Shown: positions 11,220 to 23,936, numbered from the stretch's first letter. The stretch is DNA of 64,000 nt from an uncultured Hormoscilla sp. (GCA_963921275.4 OZ001293.3:3808001-3872000), one strand, 5' to 3'. Program-made: numbers and translations. The notes: a model not told the origin generated them from the sequence alone.

Positions 11220-11609
11220 TTGCAGAAACTTCACGATGTGCTTTATAATCAAGTTGGCTTAGTTGTGATTTTGCGGCTAATGCTCTTCGCTATAGTCCTT
11301 GTGCTCTCAATCAGCGCAGGCCTGATCGGGTATCAGCAGTTTCAACAGCAAGACCCCTACGTGCAAACTGTTCTCAGCCTGACTGGCTCTCGGGATCGGG
11401 GTCATGCCATTTTTCAAATGAACTGTGCTGGATGTCATGGATGGGAAGCTCATGGTAAAGTAGGGCCGACCCTGGAAGGGGTCTCGCAACGCAAGTCCCG
11501 GCGGCAGCTGGTCGCTCAGGTGACCAGTGGTAAAACGCCGCCAATGCCCCAGTTTCAACCCACTGCTCAAGAAATGGCAGATATTCTCAGCTATTTGGAA
11601 CAACTGTAA
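11220..11609 (+). CDS. cytM: cytochrome cM
   Basis: TM anchor, DPYVQTVLSLTG, CAGCH heme motif, GKTPPMPQFQP. Confidence 0.88.
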   Translation: MQKLHDVLYNQVGLVVILRLMLFAIVLVLSISAGLIGYQQFQQQDPYVQTVLSLTGSRDRGHAIFQMNCAGCHGWEAHGKVGPTLEGVSQRKSRRQLVAQVTSGKTPPMPQFQPTAQEMADILSYLEQL

Positions 11610-12292
11610 GTGGTCAGTTGTTTGTTGTCAATAAGATGTCCGGGAGACAATTTTACCTGGGATCCATGTCTGAGGTGCGATTGGATGGAAGCTTTGTGCT
11701 TCAGGGGCGACATGATCCGTCAAAAGCTTACTACATAAGGCTTTGAGGCACAGCGTCTGCCTGTCAGTTAATTATCGGGTGATATCGTCAATTGGCGTTG
11801 CACATTTTGGGGATGATACTAGTGCGTGTCATCAGTTAAGCCAGATGACACAAGCCGCCAGATAAATCGCCCCTAAAAAATTGCGAGCGGTTTGATCGTA
11901 ACGGGTGGCAATAGCAAGATACAGCATAAGATTGGCAAAAAAGTTTTTGGCGCAGATGGCGAGCTTTGTAGAGATGCCGATCGTAGGAGTGAGGTTCTTT
12001 CCGGTTCCCCTGAGAGGGAATAACCGCTATGCAACAAAGAGGGTGAAGTTTTCTGACGTACTCGCACTACCCCTCGCACATCGAGGTAGGATATGGCGCT
12101 TTGCACCGGTCGTTACCCCGATCGCAGCACCCAACCTAGAACGACAATTATCGGGTCTTGAGTCAGTTAACTCATGCTGTGCCCCGGACTGCAAACCTGG
12201 TTTCAAAATTGCTCGATTCGTGTCCGAGAGCGCCCGCCCATGACACCGCACGACAGCGTGTCAGGGCGGGCGTCTCTGGACACGACCACGCC

Positions 12293-14032
12293 CTAATGAA
12301 ACTGTTGGGCGTAGAAATGAGCATAGCGCGTGCCTTGTGCGAGGAGTTCCGAATGAGTTCCCATTTCGACGATTTGCCCGTCTTCCATGACTAAGATCCG
12401 ACTAGCGCGGCGGACGGTGGCGAGGCGATGGGCGATAATAAACACGGTTCGGTCTGCCATAATTCTTTCTAATGCTTGCTGTACCAAGGCTTCTGATTCG
12501 GCATCAAGGGCGGAGGTGGCCTCATCCAGGATCAGAATTCTGGGGTTGCGCATGATGGCCCGGGCGATCGCAATTCTTTGCCGCTGTCCCCCCGATAAGT
12601 TCATCCCTCTCTCCCCCATCCAGCTATTATAACCCTCTGGCAACTGAGTGATAAACTGATGGGCGTTGGCAATCTTGGCTGCTGCTTGCACTTCAGCCAT
12701 GTCAAACTCGGTCTGGCCAAAGGCGATATTTTCCGCTATGGTGCCAGAAAATAGGATAGTCTCTTGGGGTACTATGCCGATTTGACGGCGCAGACTGGAC
12801 AGGGTCACCTCGGCAATATTTATCCCATCAATGCAAATCTGGCCAGCTTCTAGATCGTAGAAGCGAGGCAGCAGATTGACCAGAGTGCTTTTACCAGCAC
12901 CAGATGCTCCCACCAGGGCGATCGCCTCTCCGGGTGATGCCGCTAAACTCAGATTTCTCAGAATCGGTAACCCGGGTTGGTAGCCAAAGCTGACATGACG
13001 ATATTCTACCTTGCCCTTGACTACTGACAGGACAATGGCATTTGGTTTTTCTCTGACTGTCGGTGCAACTGCTAGCAATGCAAAAATCCGGTCAACTGAT
13101 GCCTCTGTTTGCTTAAAATCGTTGTAATTGCTAGTCGCAAAAGATATGGGGTCAATCAACATTGCTGTAGCTACCACATAGCTAACAAAGCCATTGCCAG
13201 TCAAGTTTCCCTGGTCTATTTGCCAGCCCCCCAGAAACAACAGCAACAACACGCTCAAACTTTGCATAAAGCCCACGATCAAAAACTGAATTGCTTTGAT
13301 ATGTTCGACGCGATATTTCGCCCGAGAGTGATGTTCGGCTTCCTCGCTAAACTTTTGAATTTCATAATCTTGGGCAGCAAATGCTTTCACCAAGTAAATG
13401 CCATTGAACACTTCTGTCAGTAGAGAGGATAAGTTAGAAATGCGATTCGAGGCCCGGTGTGAAAAATGCAGCACTTGTTCGCCAAACCAGCTGATTAACA
13501 GCGCCATCAAGGGGGCTATTACCAAGGTCGCTAATGTCAACTGCCAGTTCAGCCAAATCATGTAGCCTAGCACGACTATCAGTTGTAAAATGCAGGGGGT
13601 AAACTCATGGAAAAACTTGTTGACTACTTCGGCAATCCGGTCAATGTCTTCAGTCAAGCGGTAGGAGAGGTCTCCCGTTTTAGCAGTGGCAAAATAACCC
13701 AGACTCAGCCTTTGCAGGTGGGCGTATGCCTGCTGGCGCAGATTCAGGGCAATCTTTAAGGCTGCTTTGGCCATCAAGGCATTTTGACCGTATTGCATCA
13801 CACCCCGGATCAGAAAAATGATTGCTGTCATGCCCGCGAGTTGGGCGATCGCCTGCACATCCCCTTTGCCTATAAATGCTGCCATTTCACCTGCCAGTTG
13901 GGCGAGAATCGGCCAGAAGATTGTAAATCCCAATGTACAGGCTAATGCCTGAGCAATGAGCAACCACTGTTCGCGGATAGAAGGCAAAATTTGCCAGTAA
14001 CTAAAGGTCTTTTTCAATTTATAATTCTTCAT
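12293..14032 (-). CDS. MsbA-like ABC transporter (permease + ATPase)
   Basis: TM domain, Walker A GASGAGKST, LSGGQRQR signature, ILILDEATSALD. Confidence 0.92.
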   Translation of the reverse strand: MKNYKLKKTFSYWQILPSIREQWLLIAQALACTLGFTIFWPILAQLAGEMAAFIGKGDVQAIAQLAGMTAIIFLIRGVMQYGQNALMAKAALKIALNLRQQAYAHLQRLSLGYFATAKTGDLSYRLTEDIDRIAEVVNKFFHEFTPCILQLIVVLGYMIWLNWQLTLATLVIAPLMALLISWFGEQVLHFSHRASNRISNLSSLLTEVFNGIYLVKAFAAQDYEIQKFSEEAEHHSRAKYRVEHIKAIQFLIVGFMQSLSVLLLLFLGGWQIDQGNLTGNGFVSYVVATAMLIDPISFATSNYNDFKQTEASVDRIFALLAVAPTVREKPNAIVLSVVKGKVEYRHVSFGYQPGLPILRNLSLAASPGEAIALVGASGAGKSTLVNLLPRFYDLEAGQICIDGINIAEVTLSSLRRQIGIVPQETILFSGTIAENIAFGQTEFDMAEVQAAAKIANAHQFITQLPEGYNSWMGERGMNLSGGQRQRIAIARAIMRNPRILILDEATSALDAESEALVQQALERIMADRTVFIIAHRLATVRRASRILVMEDGQIVEMGTHSELLAQGTRYAHFYAQQFH

Positions 14033-14378
14033 AGAACAGATAAATACACCCATAAATCAATGTGGCGATAATTATGCTAACAATATATAGTACCCCCACA
14101 AAGATCGCAATCTGACTGAGCTTAGCATAATCATGAAAGAAGACAAAGGCAACCCAATAACCTGGATAAATACTCAGTGACCACAGCATAGATGTCCAGA
14201 TAATCAGGGCGAATCCTGCCTCGGACTGAATTTTTTCTAGTGGGTCGCCTCCAAACAATAAGCTAATTACCGGTTGTGATAGCCATAAAATAAATATTCC
14301 TGGCAGTCCCGCTAAAAAGATTCCCAGGGCTGATATGCCCACGGCAATCACTAAACATATAAGCAGATTAATAATCAT
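14019..14378 (-). CDS. small hypothetical membrane protein
   Basis: Hydrophobic 119-aa ORF overlapping the ABC gene start; an IS630 end lies directly upstream. Confidence 0.55.
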   Translation of the reverse strand: MIINLLICLVIAVGISALGIFLAGLPGIFILWLSQPVISLLFGGDPLEKIQSEAGFALIIWTSMLWSLSIYPGYWVAFVFFHDYAKLSQIAIFVGVLYIVSIIIATLIYGCIYLFYEEL

Positions 14379-14390
14379 ATCACAAATGTT

Positions 14391-15533
14391 ATACCATTTT
14401 GCTATATACCTGCTACACATAAAGCATCGACAATAAATCCCCATTTACTTAAAGATGCAACAGCGTGATTGCTTAATTCTCCTAGTATCCTACTCAAAAT
14501 TTGACGCAATTCGTCCAAGTCTTTGAAGTCCAAGTCTTTGAACCATTTTTTTAATTGCTTTTTGATCTCCAGCCACAATCTTTCTATTGGATTAACTTCT
14601 GGAGAGTATGATGGTTGAAAAATCAAAATAATATTTGACGGTATTGAAAAGGTTGAGCCTTGATGTGCTCCGCTATTGTCCGTCTGGATAACATGTAGTT
14701 CATTAGGATAAGCTTGGGAAAATAACTCTAAGTATTTTTCATGACAGACATTATCTAAATGGGAAAATTCCTATAAAAAATGTTCCCCTGATCGTGGTTC
14801 AATTAAACCATAAAGCCAAAAATACTTAAATTCCCATTGTTCAGTTTGTATAGGTTTTACTCCTTTCCGAGTAATCCGGCGACCTGAAAGTGTCATTAAA
14901 CCCAAATCGAGTTTCATCTTGACACCAAAATCTGACTGATTTCTGAGGATTAGACCAAGCTCTAATCCTTGCCACCGCTGATTTTAGCACATTTGGCAAA
15001 TGATTTTTAACTGTTTCTCTTATACCTGAAATTTGTTTAATATGTCTTGGCCTCGGAGTTTTTAACTTCGCGTCGATAATGAACCCATTCATATACTGTC
15101 CAATAAGATCAATCTAGTTCCCAAAATATTTTCAACCACAACTTAATTTCTCCATAGCTATTAAACCATTCTGGTTCCGACAATTCCTTTTTGAGAGATT
15201 CTAGGGCTTCTTCGGGTATTAAACGGGGCCGTCCGGGGCTTTTTTTTTGTTCTAATAATTTTTCCAGACCCTCTTCTCGATAAATTGTCAACCAACGAGA
15301 TACGGTTGTCCGATGACAAGCTAAAAGAACAGCAATATGTTCAGTTGTTTCTACGACTCCAATTTTTAGCCAGTATAAAGCTTGTACTCGCCCTTTCTTA
15401 TCACCGGTGGTTCGGGCTAGCAATTTTTGAAGGTATTCTTTAGATTCGGTAATTTATATCTTAACTACGCCGGCCATACTTCCTCCTATTTAGGTCTTTA
15501 ACTAATTGTAGCATTGTTTTTCCAAAATGGTAT
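14391..15533 (-). mobile_element. IS630-family element, transposase inactivated
   Basis: Inverted ends ATACCATTTTG / CAAAATGGTAT; fragments HTH...PGRPR, FWCQDETRFG and QPSYSPEVNPIERLW. Confidence 0.88.
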
Positions 15534-15657
15534 TAGACCTCTTGCATAAGTCGAGGACATAAGTAAAAAGACTCAGTTCTTTTAAACAAGTTAGGCTATA
15601 ATAGGTGGTTAGTGGGTAGGCTGTTCACTTTGGGGGGATTTTCCCCCTAAAAGTTCA

Positions 15658-16654
15658 ATTAGGGGTCGATCTGGGAATCGCTTCCCAACCCTCCCTTTCG
15701 AACCGTGCATGCGGTTTTCATCGCACACGGCTACTGGTTAGTTGGACCTTGTCATTGGCAGGATTACTGGGGATTGCTCCCTTTGTCCCTCTTCTTATGC
15801 AGTTTTTCCCCTTTATGGTAGTCGATAGGACTGTTTCGTATCTAGCTCCGGAAGGTTCGCGGGGGGTATCCAGGAAACCACTTATACCGCTCTTTGCTAA
15901 CATTGCCCCTGTCTCGTCATTAGGGGACTTTTCAAGTTTTACCCGGCTAGAGTTTTAGTCCATATTACAATCTAGGATTTCTCCTGATTTTTGGTACGTA
16001 TTAGGGATACTTCCACCCAAGATTTCCAACTATATCCGACCCACGTCTGCCGGTACATTCCTGCACCACTTATACAAGGAGTTACCCCTGTCCTTTGCTT
16101 CTTGGGCCATCTCTCTCCACATGGCTTACGCTTATCATCTAACTGGTCCCTATCTCCTGACCACCGGTCGATAGTCGAGTAGTTATGGACAGCACACGTG
16201 GAGTTACTTCGTTCCCTGGTATCATTTCACGATGTTTTTAGGTCCCTGCTTTACCCCGGGAGCTACTTTGAGTGTGATGTTGGCCATATGCAACAGCCAA
16301 CACTAGCTACCATTTCCTTTTTAGGCCAGCGTGTAAGCCTTCTTCCGCTGGTTACACATAACGAGGCTTTCACAGATTCGTTTTCCTAACCATGAGCATC
16401 TTTCCTAGCGGAGTTGCCGACTTTGGGCTGTCAGCTATCCTACATTTAAGTCCTTGCTCCGCACCACGGTGATGTCACTCCGCAGCACTAAGGACCGGTG
16501 TCACCCCCACACCTGGGGAGAGGGAATTTAACCCCCATGATGACCAGAGTTACCATATTGAGCCTGATTATGATTAGTTTTGGTTCTAAACATTCAGTCC
16601 AATTTTGGCTCGGCTTTTCCGTGTTTGTACAGGTTAGACCGAAACGAGTCGCAC
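15658..16654 (-). ncRNA. ORF-less group II intron (about 1.0 kb)
   Basis: 5' GTGCGACTCGTT; domain V AGCCGTGTGCGATGAAAACCGCATGCACGGTT; DVI ending CCCCTAAT. EBS1 loop TGCATA is complementary to the 5' exon end TATGCA. Confidence 0.88.
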
Positions 16655-19338
16655 TGCATATTCTGTGTTTTGCCTCGCCTCCTTGGGCTTCAAGATCTCA
16701 CCGTTGCTTAACAATAAATATTTACTGCCTCTTTCTGTCACCCCGAGCTTGCAATTTGTTTAATTCACGATTGACATGTTGCATAACATGAAATCGAGCG
16801 TAAACTATTTGTGCAGAAGATTTTTTCGACAACTAAGGGATAACCTCCCCACATATTTATGCTGACCTCTACAACTCCTTCGCGGACCTCTAAGTCAAGC
16901 AAGGGTTTCAATTATTTCCCATAAGTTTATGAGAATTGATTACTTCTAATAAATGTAACTACTCACAGCAACAAGTAGGGCTTGTTGAGAAAGGGAAAAA
17001 CCCCGCAATTCTCAGCCCGAGAAACTGTCAAGTAGATTGCCATTAATCACGGAGCGCAGCCAGGAAAAAGTGGGGCTTAAAAAGCATGATAAACAGAGCA
17101 ATTCCAAGCCGGAGCAAGTATCAAGTAAATTTCATTCGGTCCCAGGCCGCTACTGGCAAGAAGTAGGGCTTGAAGAAAAGGAGATAAATTCCAAGCCCCC
17201 GGCCCTGTGTTAAGTAGATTGCCAGGCGGACCACGACCAGCCAAAGACAAAAGTTCACAGAGGCTAGCGCTCGCCGAACCTCCTTGCAATCCTGTAGTCT
17301 CTAAGAAGCTAAACATCATTGCAACCAACTTAGCGCCCCAAGCACTTCTAGCGCCACCACTAACTTGGCGATGTACTACTAGAGGACGTCGCGAGCGCAT
17401 CATTGTTATCAGGTTTAACTTCCTATGGGAGTTAAAAATGTGAACCACTCATTCCCATGACCTTCGAGTTTTAGGCCGCGTCTTTGGGCGTCTGCTGGCC
17501 ATCCAGCAGATGGCGGTTTAGCCAAAATTGCGTTGCGCTTCTACAGTAGGAGGTTTTTGCGCTCTGTTGTTCAAGACTCAATAAACCGGTGTGAAGTCGG
17601 TGATCAGCTTTTCTAGCTGTCCATAAAATTTGCTTAATCTGTTGTGCAAAATCAACATTCGCGGCCAAGCGACTGGTTAAGAGAGCGTCCAAATCTCCTT
17701 CTAGGTGAGCCAAGCATTTCTGTTTGGCCGCCGCTGTGGACCATAGGCGCTAAAACAATCACTGGTCAGAATACCGTCAAAATTTTCTGGGAGTAACTGT
17801 TTCAGTTCGGCGCTACCACGGGTTGGAGCCAAAAGCAGAACGTTGGTCACTGGTGGCTACCCATAACCAATACTTAATCCCATCAATGCCATAAGTTGTC
17901 TCCTCCACAGAGCCCACAGCAGGTTTTTGTACATAAGCTAGCCACTTTTGATAACTTGGCTCTCAACTTTCGCGCTTTCCATCGGTGCATCGAAGCTAAA
18001 CTACCTTGGGAAATTGCTATAGCCAATACATGTTCGACAAAATACTCTTGCTTTCGCCAGGTCAGGTTGCCACCATTCAAGCGCCAACCAACAACACTGC
18101 ATAACCTACCGCCATAACTAAACCCTTCCTTGACTCCCCACGGCAAAGGAGCATATCCAGACCAACCAGATGAGGGGCATTGGCAACGAGGACGCTGGTA
18201 TTCTCTGATTTCTACTGGTTGCTCTAGCAGTTCTGCGATTTGTTGAACTTTCTTGGGAGCACCTGTCACCGGCTCTACCTGGGCTCCACAAGTGGGACAA
18301 GCTACAGGCAATAGCTGTTCTGTGCGATCGGGTTCTCCAAATCCCGGAGCTTGTCTTACCACAGTGATTATCTTTAGGACCGCCTTTTTTACCTTTTTTA
18401 CCCTTGCTAGGGGCTGAAGGTTTTTTGAGAAGGTCTTGTGAGGGGGGGACGACCGGTTTTTCAGTTTCTTCAGCTCGGAGGAGAGTTGTAAATTTTCCTA
18501 GAGCCTCTAGTTCTTTCTGTTGCTTCTCAATTCTAGCCTGCTGTTGTTTGAGCAGTTGCTGCTGCTTGACCATCCACTCGATCACCAGCAGATAGTTTGC
18601 CATCTTGTCAGCAGGGATGGCGGAGGTCATCTGTGAGGTCTGTAGTGCAGCTGAAATTCTTATATGGCAATGGTAGGGAGCGATTTTACACAGTGGATGT
18701 TTATAGCAATGAGCATCGCCAGTTATCCATTCTCAATAAGCTTTATTTATTGCTGTGAGCAGTTACTAATAAATCTCCTGTATCTAGATCGCTAATGACT
18801 GTTACAAAATCGCGTCCTTTGCGTAAACTAATCTCATCAAGACTCAAAGGTTTTGGCTGACCCCATTTTTTTTTACTGCTTGGCGCGCTCAATAAATCAA
18901 ATATACTTTGAACCTGAGTTTCAGTTAATTTTTCTTCCCGAGTAACTTGAAGAACTGTAGTTACTTTAACAGGTTCATATATATACTCTTGATCTCCACT
19001 GGTTCGACGGCCAATCAATAAAGTCTAATTGCTCGTCAACATAATGTTGACAACAAGAACAATCTCATTGTCCATGAGGAATTTTTAACTATACGGCTCG
19101 CCCCTGACAAATTATCAATTAAACTTTGACGTTCTTGATGCAGTTTTGTTGTAGTTTCTCCACATTGTATTTTTTCATTAAGCCAGGGAATTTGGAAATA
19201 GCTGATATCATCAATGATAGAGCAACTTTCAACAGTTGCATGATCGTAAATTCAATAATTTATCGAGATTAAAATTCATTTCGTCACCACTCAAAATGTA
19301 ACACCGTATACATTTTACACCAAAAACCCAGGAGAGCC
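16655..19338 (-). mobile_element. ISL3-family remnant interrupted by IS66 and abutting the intron
   Basis: End GGCTCTCC at 19338; fragments MNFNLDKLLNL, LSLDEISLRKG-DFVTVISDL and FHVMQHVNREL. Confidence 0.8.
16955..18766 (-). mobile_element. IS66-family element, transposase frameshifted
   Basis: IRs GTAACTACTCACAGCAA / TTGCTGTGAGCAGTTAC; 8-bp TSD TAATAAAT at 16947-16954 and 18767-18774; CPTCG zinc finger and RQVSGGARS motif. Confidence 0.92.
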
Positions 19339-19900
19339 GCAAGGATTTATCTGCTGGCAGTGAAGCCGTTTCTTGCTCAATATAATCGAGCAACTTCGTT
19401 TTTAAGGCTGCTGAACGCTCCGACAACGGTAAGAAGCGGGTCTGTTCAATAAAGTTAGTTAAAGAGTGTTCTGTTAATCCCTGTTGCTTGAGCTGCTTTT
19501 GAAGGGTGCGCACTAAGATGGAATGGCACTGACGACGAAGGAGTGAAAAAAAGCTCCAAGGCATGCTAGATAAGGATTATAGCCCTGAAGCTTAGTAAGC
19601 TATTACCCGTAATCATGCCCAATCGAGCTGATCTTCTCAAGTGTCAATTGGCTTCAAAGCAATCGCTTTACCATTCCGACAGGTGCTGCCAGAATCAGAC
19701 ATTCAACAGTTATGCGGACCAAGAAAACGTCCCTCGTTCGCCATCGATTGTTTTCGCCGGTGGTTACCCTGTGGATGTTCTTGCTGTGGATGCAGGTCAT
19801 CGATATGGCTGCGCCCCCAGCGCAGCGCTATCAGCCTCTACTCGCACATTAGCAGTCAGTAAGGTTGTGGTCTGGTGCCGCGGGAGAGCAGGCCCCCGAG
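19339..19900 (-). pseudogene. degenerate transposase-like fragment
   Basis: Broken ORFs (QKQLKQQGL..., SLPADKSL) lying between IS elements; family uncertain. Confidence 0.4.
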
Positions 19901-20037
19901 GATAGCGCAGCGCTATGGGTAAAATCATGAGGGGTCCAGGGAGGTTCTTACAGGGGTATGTTTTTTAGATTTTGGTTTGTTTGAGGGGGTGAGGGGGTGA
20001 AGGGGTATAAAAGGTAAATCAACATGGCTCTATTATA

Positions 20038-21049
20038 ACTCAAGTTGCGACCTATAAAAATTGGATACAAAAAGCTATGATAAAGAGAATTATTTTCAAC
20101 TCTAATCCCTTAGATGTAACAGCATGAATTGACTTGGGAAACAAATTTGTGATTCGACTAAAACAGGTTTCAACTTGTTTTCTTGTTACTTTTTGTATAT
20201 ATTCAAAACAAGAATATTCTTTTCTTTTTGAGTTCTTTTTTCGCAAAGGTTTTAACATTATACTTGACGACTCTTTTAGTAAATCCTCTAATTGATAATC
20301 ATTATAAGCTTTATCTCCATAAACTATTGAATTTGATGGTAAGTCAAAGCCAAAAGATTGCAAAACTTTAAAATCATTATAACTACCAGGATCTAGATAA
20401 AATTCTATTGGCTTTCCATTTTTGTTTACCAACATATGAACTCTTAATCCATAAAAATAACGTTTTTTACTGGCAATATACCCTCGATATTCTTCCTTGT
20501 TATAAATTTGGCATCTATCAATCCTAATATTATCACATACTGGCACCGGGAAACTATCAAGAATATATTCTTGACCCGGATTGAGCTCTTTAAATGTTTG
20601 AGCTATAACTTGGAAGAAAAACATCCAAATTGGTTCCTCAATATTGTGTAATCGACGATTGAACCTACTTTTACTTAACAGATTTTTTATATACTTGTGT
20701 TGGACCATAAATTGACAAGAGCGATCGTGGTGTCCTCCGAAAAAATATGCAGCAACTAATCCGACTGTCATCACTTCGGCATTGTTCATTTTTACTTGTG
20801 GATCTTCTTTTATATTTAACGCTTTTAGTAGCTCGTCACAAAGAACAAAAATTGTTGTAATCATATCTTTCATCATCTACATCCCCCAGCAATTAACTAT
20901 TATTTTAGTACATTATAACCTATAAACAGCCAACCCGCCGTGTAGCACAAAAAAAATATAATTTTGTATCAAAAGCTACGAAATATCCCAAATATCTGTA
21001 AAGTCTAAGTGGGTAATTCATATTTTTTTTAATAGGTCGCAACTTAGGT
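20038..21049 (-). mobile_element. IS982-family element, apparently intact
   Basis: IRs ACTCAAGTTGCGACC / GGTCGCAACTTAGGT; 7-bp TSD TATTATA at 20031-20037 and 21050-21056. Confidence 0.92.
20052..20876 (-). CDS. IS982-family transposase
   Basis: SRFNRRL, ILDSFPVPVC, YFYGLRVH, YGDKAY and RKQVET (DDE) motifs; uninterrupted 274 aa. Confidence 0.9.
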   Translation of the reverse strand: MMKDMITTIFVLCDELLKALNIKEDPQVKMNNAEVMTVGLVAAYFFGGHHDRSCQFMVQHKYIKNLLSKSRFNRRLHNIEEPIWMFFFQVIAQTFKELNPGQEYILDSFPVPVCDNIRIDRCQIYNKEEYRGYIASKKRYFYGLRVHMLVNKNGKPIEFYLDPGSYNDFKVLQSFGFDLPSNSIVYGDKAYNDYQLEDLLKESSSIMLKPLRKKNSKRKEYSCFEYIQKVTRKQVETCFSRITNLFPKSIHAVTSKGLELKIILFIIAFCIQFL

Positions 21050-21840
21050 TATTATAATAGACAATTATGACCAAAGGCCAGCTCCCACTCCCTCACTCTC
21101 CCACTCTCCCCCTCAGTTCGATCTGGTAAAAATTCAAAACATACCCTTGAAAGAGAGGGAGGTCCAGGGAGAGGGGGAGGCGAGAAGATGTTGATTTTTC
21201 GTGTTCTGCACAGATGGAGAGAAAATGTCGGCCTATTATTAATGGACCGACGCTTTAGAAGCTAAAGTTACTGCGAGGGCAGCTATGGCTGCGCTCCCAG
21301 GGGAGATATCTCTGCTCCTTGCTCTTGTCCTAGGGTCCATAGGGCACACAGGAGACATCGCAGCGCTAATTAAGAAGTGTGCCTGCTAGATGGCTCTTCG
21401 GTGATTATGAGGGACACAACTCAGCTGGACAGTGGGAAGTTCTATGGCTGCGCCACGCTACGCGATTGGGGAACTGCTCAAGCATGGAAGTGGGTTTGGG
21501 CCCGAGAGACCTATATGCAGCAATTCGCGGGCTCCTAAAGGCTGTAAGCCTTTCGTCCCAAGGGGTTCAGCTTTTAGGATCGCTCCTATTTTCAGAGAAT
21601 TCGCACTCTCCAAATCCGAGACCTTTGTATAAAAATGCGGAAATCATGAAATTAAACGAAGAAGCTCAGGAAGCAAAAGAAGCAGTAGAGAAGACACGAA
21701 TAACACTTGAGTCCGAGAGAGCAGAGCATCAAAGTAATTTTTAATGCTCTGTTCTTTCCTCATCAAGTGCTCTCAGAAATGGGAAGAGATACAAAATTAT
21801 TCCGGGAGCATACCACTTTGGCAATGAGTAGAAATACTAT

Positions 21841-22641
21841 AGGTTCTGTTGACATTTGGCTTGACAAAAAGAGCGATTGCTGTTATAATCTATTCTGTCT
21901 AATGGATAAAAAATATCGCCAAATTAAATATGCAAGAAATACAAGGAAAAACTTGGGAAAAAATATTAGTATTTTTGAGAGGACAGAGTTAAATATACCT
22001 GGGAACAGAAGAGCAGAAAATTTATCAATGGAGTCTTATGGATAATGAGAAGCACAGAGAATTACCCGAACAATATGGCAAAGGGAATAGTGTTTTTATG
22101 CATATTTAACCGTTGGAGTGCCAAAGGAATCTGGAACAGTCTCTATCAAAATTGGATTGAGGATCCAGATTGAGAAAATCTATTAATAGATCGCACTGTA
22201 ATTAGAAGTCATCCTTGTGCCAGGGGGGAGCAAATCAAGCTAAGGGAAGATCTGTAGGAGGATTTACTACTAAAATTCATGCTGTTAGCGATGGGTTAAG
22301 GAACCCTTTAGATTTTACTCTGACATCAGGAGAAATTCACGATGTTAATTTTGCCATTATTACAGGAGCAACAAGGAGAAAGAGTAATTGAAGATAGAGG
22401 TTATGACTGTAATGAGTTGATTGATAAAATCGCGAGGTATGGAAGCAGTTATTCCTTCAGAACCGCAAGGAGCAAAGAGAATATGACAAACATACTTATA
22501 AAGAGAGACATTTAATAGAAGGTTTTTTTAACAAGCTATGTCGGATTTTTTCTAGATTTGATAAATCTGCTCGTAATTTTTGGAGTTTTATCTGTTTTGC
22601 CTCTACTTTAATTTGGCTCAAATGAAATGTCAACAGAACCT
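21841..22641 (+). mobile_element. IS5-family (IS427-like) element, transposase degraded
   Basis: 17-bp IRs AGGTTCTGTTGACATTT / AAATGTCAACAGAACCT; remnants GGFTTKIHAV, DRGYD and YKERHLIE. Confidence 0.82.
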
Positions 22642-22759
22642 ATAGTGCTCCCTATACATTTGTGCAAATTTCCGATAGGGGGAGATGGCGGCGCTCAGTC
22701 CTTGCAGGGTAAGGCTTTCAGGAAATCGACCGGTTGCACAACGAGCGCCGGGACTTGCT

Positions 22760-23097
22760 ATAGCATTTCTCAAAAACATGAGGTACAATAAGAGAGTCAA
22801 GAATATATGGAGGAGAAAGCCATGAAACCCTATTCAGTATATCTACAAAAATCGGTCTATAAAAATGAGAATATATCACAAAGAAAACTGGCGAGCAGAT
22901 TTAGGGTAGCTCTAAGTTTTGTTACCCAAATCATCCAGCAGGATCGGCGGCAATTTGTTACCTAAGAAAAGTCCTGGTCGTCTACGAAAACTTAAGGATG
23001 AAGAACTGGCAATTATTCATAATTTAGTAAAGGAAAATAATGACTGGACCTTAGAAGAATATCAATCTGGTCTTGAAAAAGAGACCAATCAATGCCC
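22760..23097 (+). mobile_element. IS630-family 5' fragment
   Basis: MKPYS...ISQRKLASRFRVALSF...PGRLRKL...NDWTLEEY; ends at the hicA 3' end. Confidence 0.65.
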
Positions 23098-23276
23098 AGC
23101 GAAGGAATAACCTGCCGCAAGGTTCCGATTTTGAGGTCTTTGGCACCCCAGTCCGGTATAGAGGCAAATCTCTCTGTGGCTGAGTTGTACCATTTTCGGT
23201 GCGAACCGCCCCCTCGGCGGGGAAGTTCTTCGCAACCAAGTCGGCGTATTTTTTTAGTCACCTCGCGATATTTCAT
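23013..23276 (-). CDS. hicA: HicA-family toxin; C-terminus altered by the IS630 junction
   Basis: MKYREVTKKIRRLGC...GGGSHRKW...IPDWGAKDLKIGTLR. Confidence 0.8.
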   Translation of the reverse strand: MKYREVTKKIRRLGCEELPRRGGGSHRKWYNSATERFASIPDWGAKDLKIGTLRQVIPSLGIDWSLFQDQIDILLRSSHYFPLLNYE

Positions 23277-23531
23277 GAAGCTGCTACCGTAATCAACGTC
23301 TCAGTCTAAATAGGAGTATCGGGTGCAGTTGCCACCGGCTGCAAAATTGGCGGTAGCGGTTTTCCTAAATCCTCATAAATCTCAATTAATGCTGCCGTCT
23401 GCTACATTAGGCAACACTTCGTCAATGCTATCAGCTTCCGTGACTAAATTAGGCAGCAGCGGGCAGGTAATAGTATATCCTCCCTCCGGTTGTGGTGACA
23501 AAATCAAGGGTAACTTGTATATCCTCTCCAT
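23273..23531 (-). pseudogene. hicB: HicB-family antitoxin, frameshifted
   Basis: MERIYKLPLILSPQPEGGYTITCPLLPNLVTEADSIDEVLPNVAD followed by a frameshift stop at 23382. The probable original stop overlaps the hicA ATG. Confidence 0.75.
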
Positions 23532-23690
23532 TATTCCTCCCTTAGCTGGCAGTTTTGGTGACTGTAGCTTTCTCAATGTAGAAATGCTACATATTCATTT
23601 ATATGTTAGCATATCTGCCACCCCAGGCCCGACCATAACTCGCAGTCATTAATATGCTAGCATATGATAGTCGCTCATATCATAATCATT

Positions 23691-23936
23691 ATGAACCTCG
23701 TGATTCCTGACGATATTATCCGCTCGATCAAGATGAGTGAAGATGAATTGAAGCTAGAACTGGCGATCGCCCTGTACAAGCAGGAGTTAATCAGTAGCGG
23801 GAAAGCCCGCGCCTGGACGGGACTGACCGTACTGGAATTCCAGCACGAACTGGCTAAGCGCGGTCTTTGTATAAACTATGATGTAGAGGACTTTCAGGCT
23901 GATGTGAGGACGCTGCAATCCCTGGGGCTACTATGA
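23691..23936 (+). CDS. UPF0175-family protein; partner gene truncated
   Basis: ELKLELAIALYKQELISSGKA...EFQHELAKRG...YDVEDFQADV; an overlapping ATG ATT ATT start stops after 5 codons. Confidence 0.8.
   Translation: MNLVIPDDIIRSIKMSEDELKLELAIALYKQELISSGKARAWTGLTVLEFQHELAKRGLCINYDVEDFQADVRTLQSLGLL

Larger units (their letters stand above)
19951..21149. mobile_element. MITE-like element (IRs CAGGGGTATGTTTT / AAAACATACCCTTG) carrying an IS982 insertion
   Basis: Inverted ends with one mismatch; about 190 bp without the IS982; a similar end occurs near 44296. Confidence 0.55.

Noticed and set aside
11873..12251. Short ORFs between cytM and the ABC transporter
   Set aside because: No recognisable motifs in any frame; flanked by MITE-like sequence.
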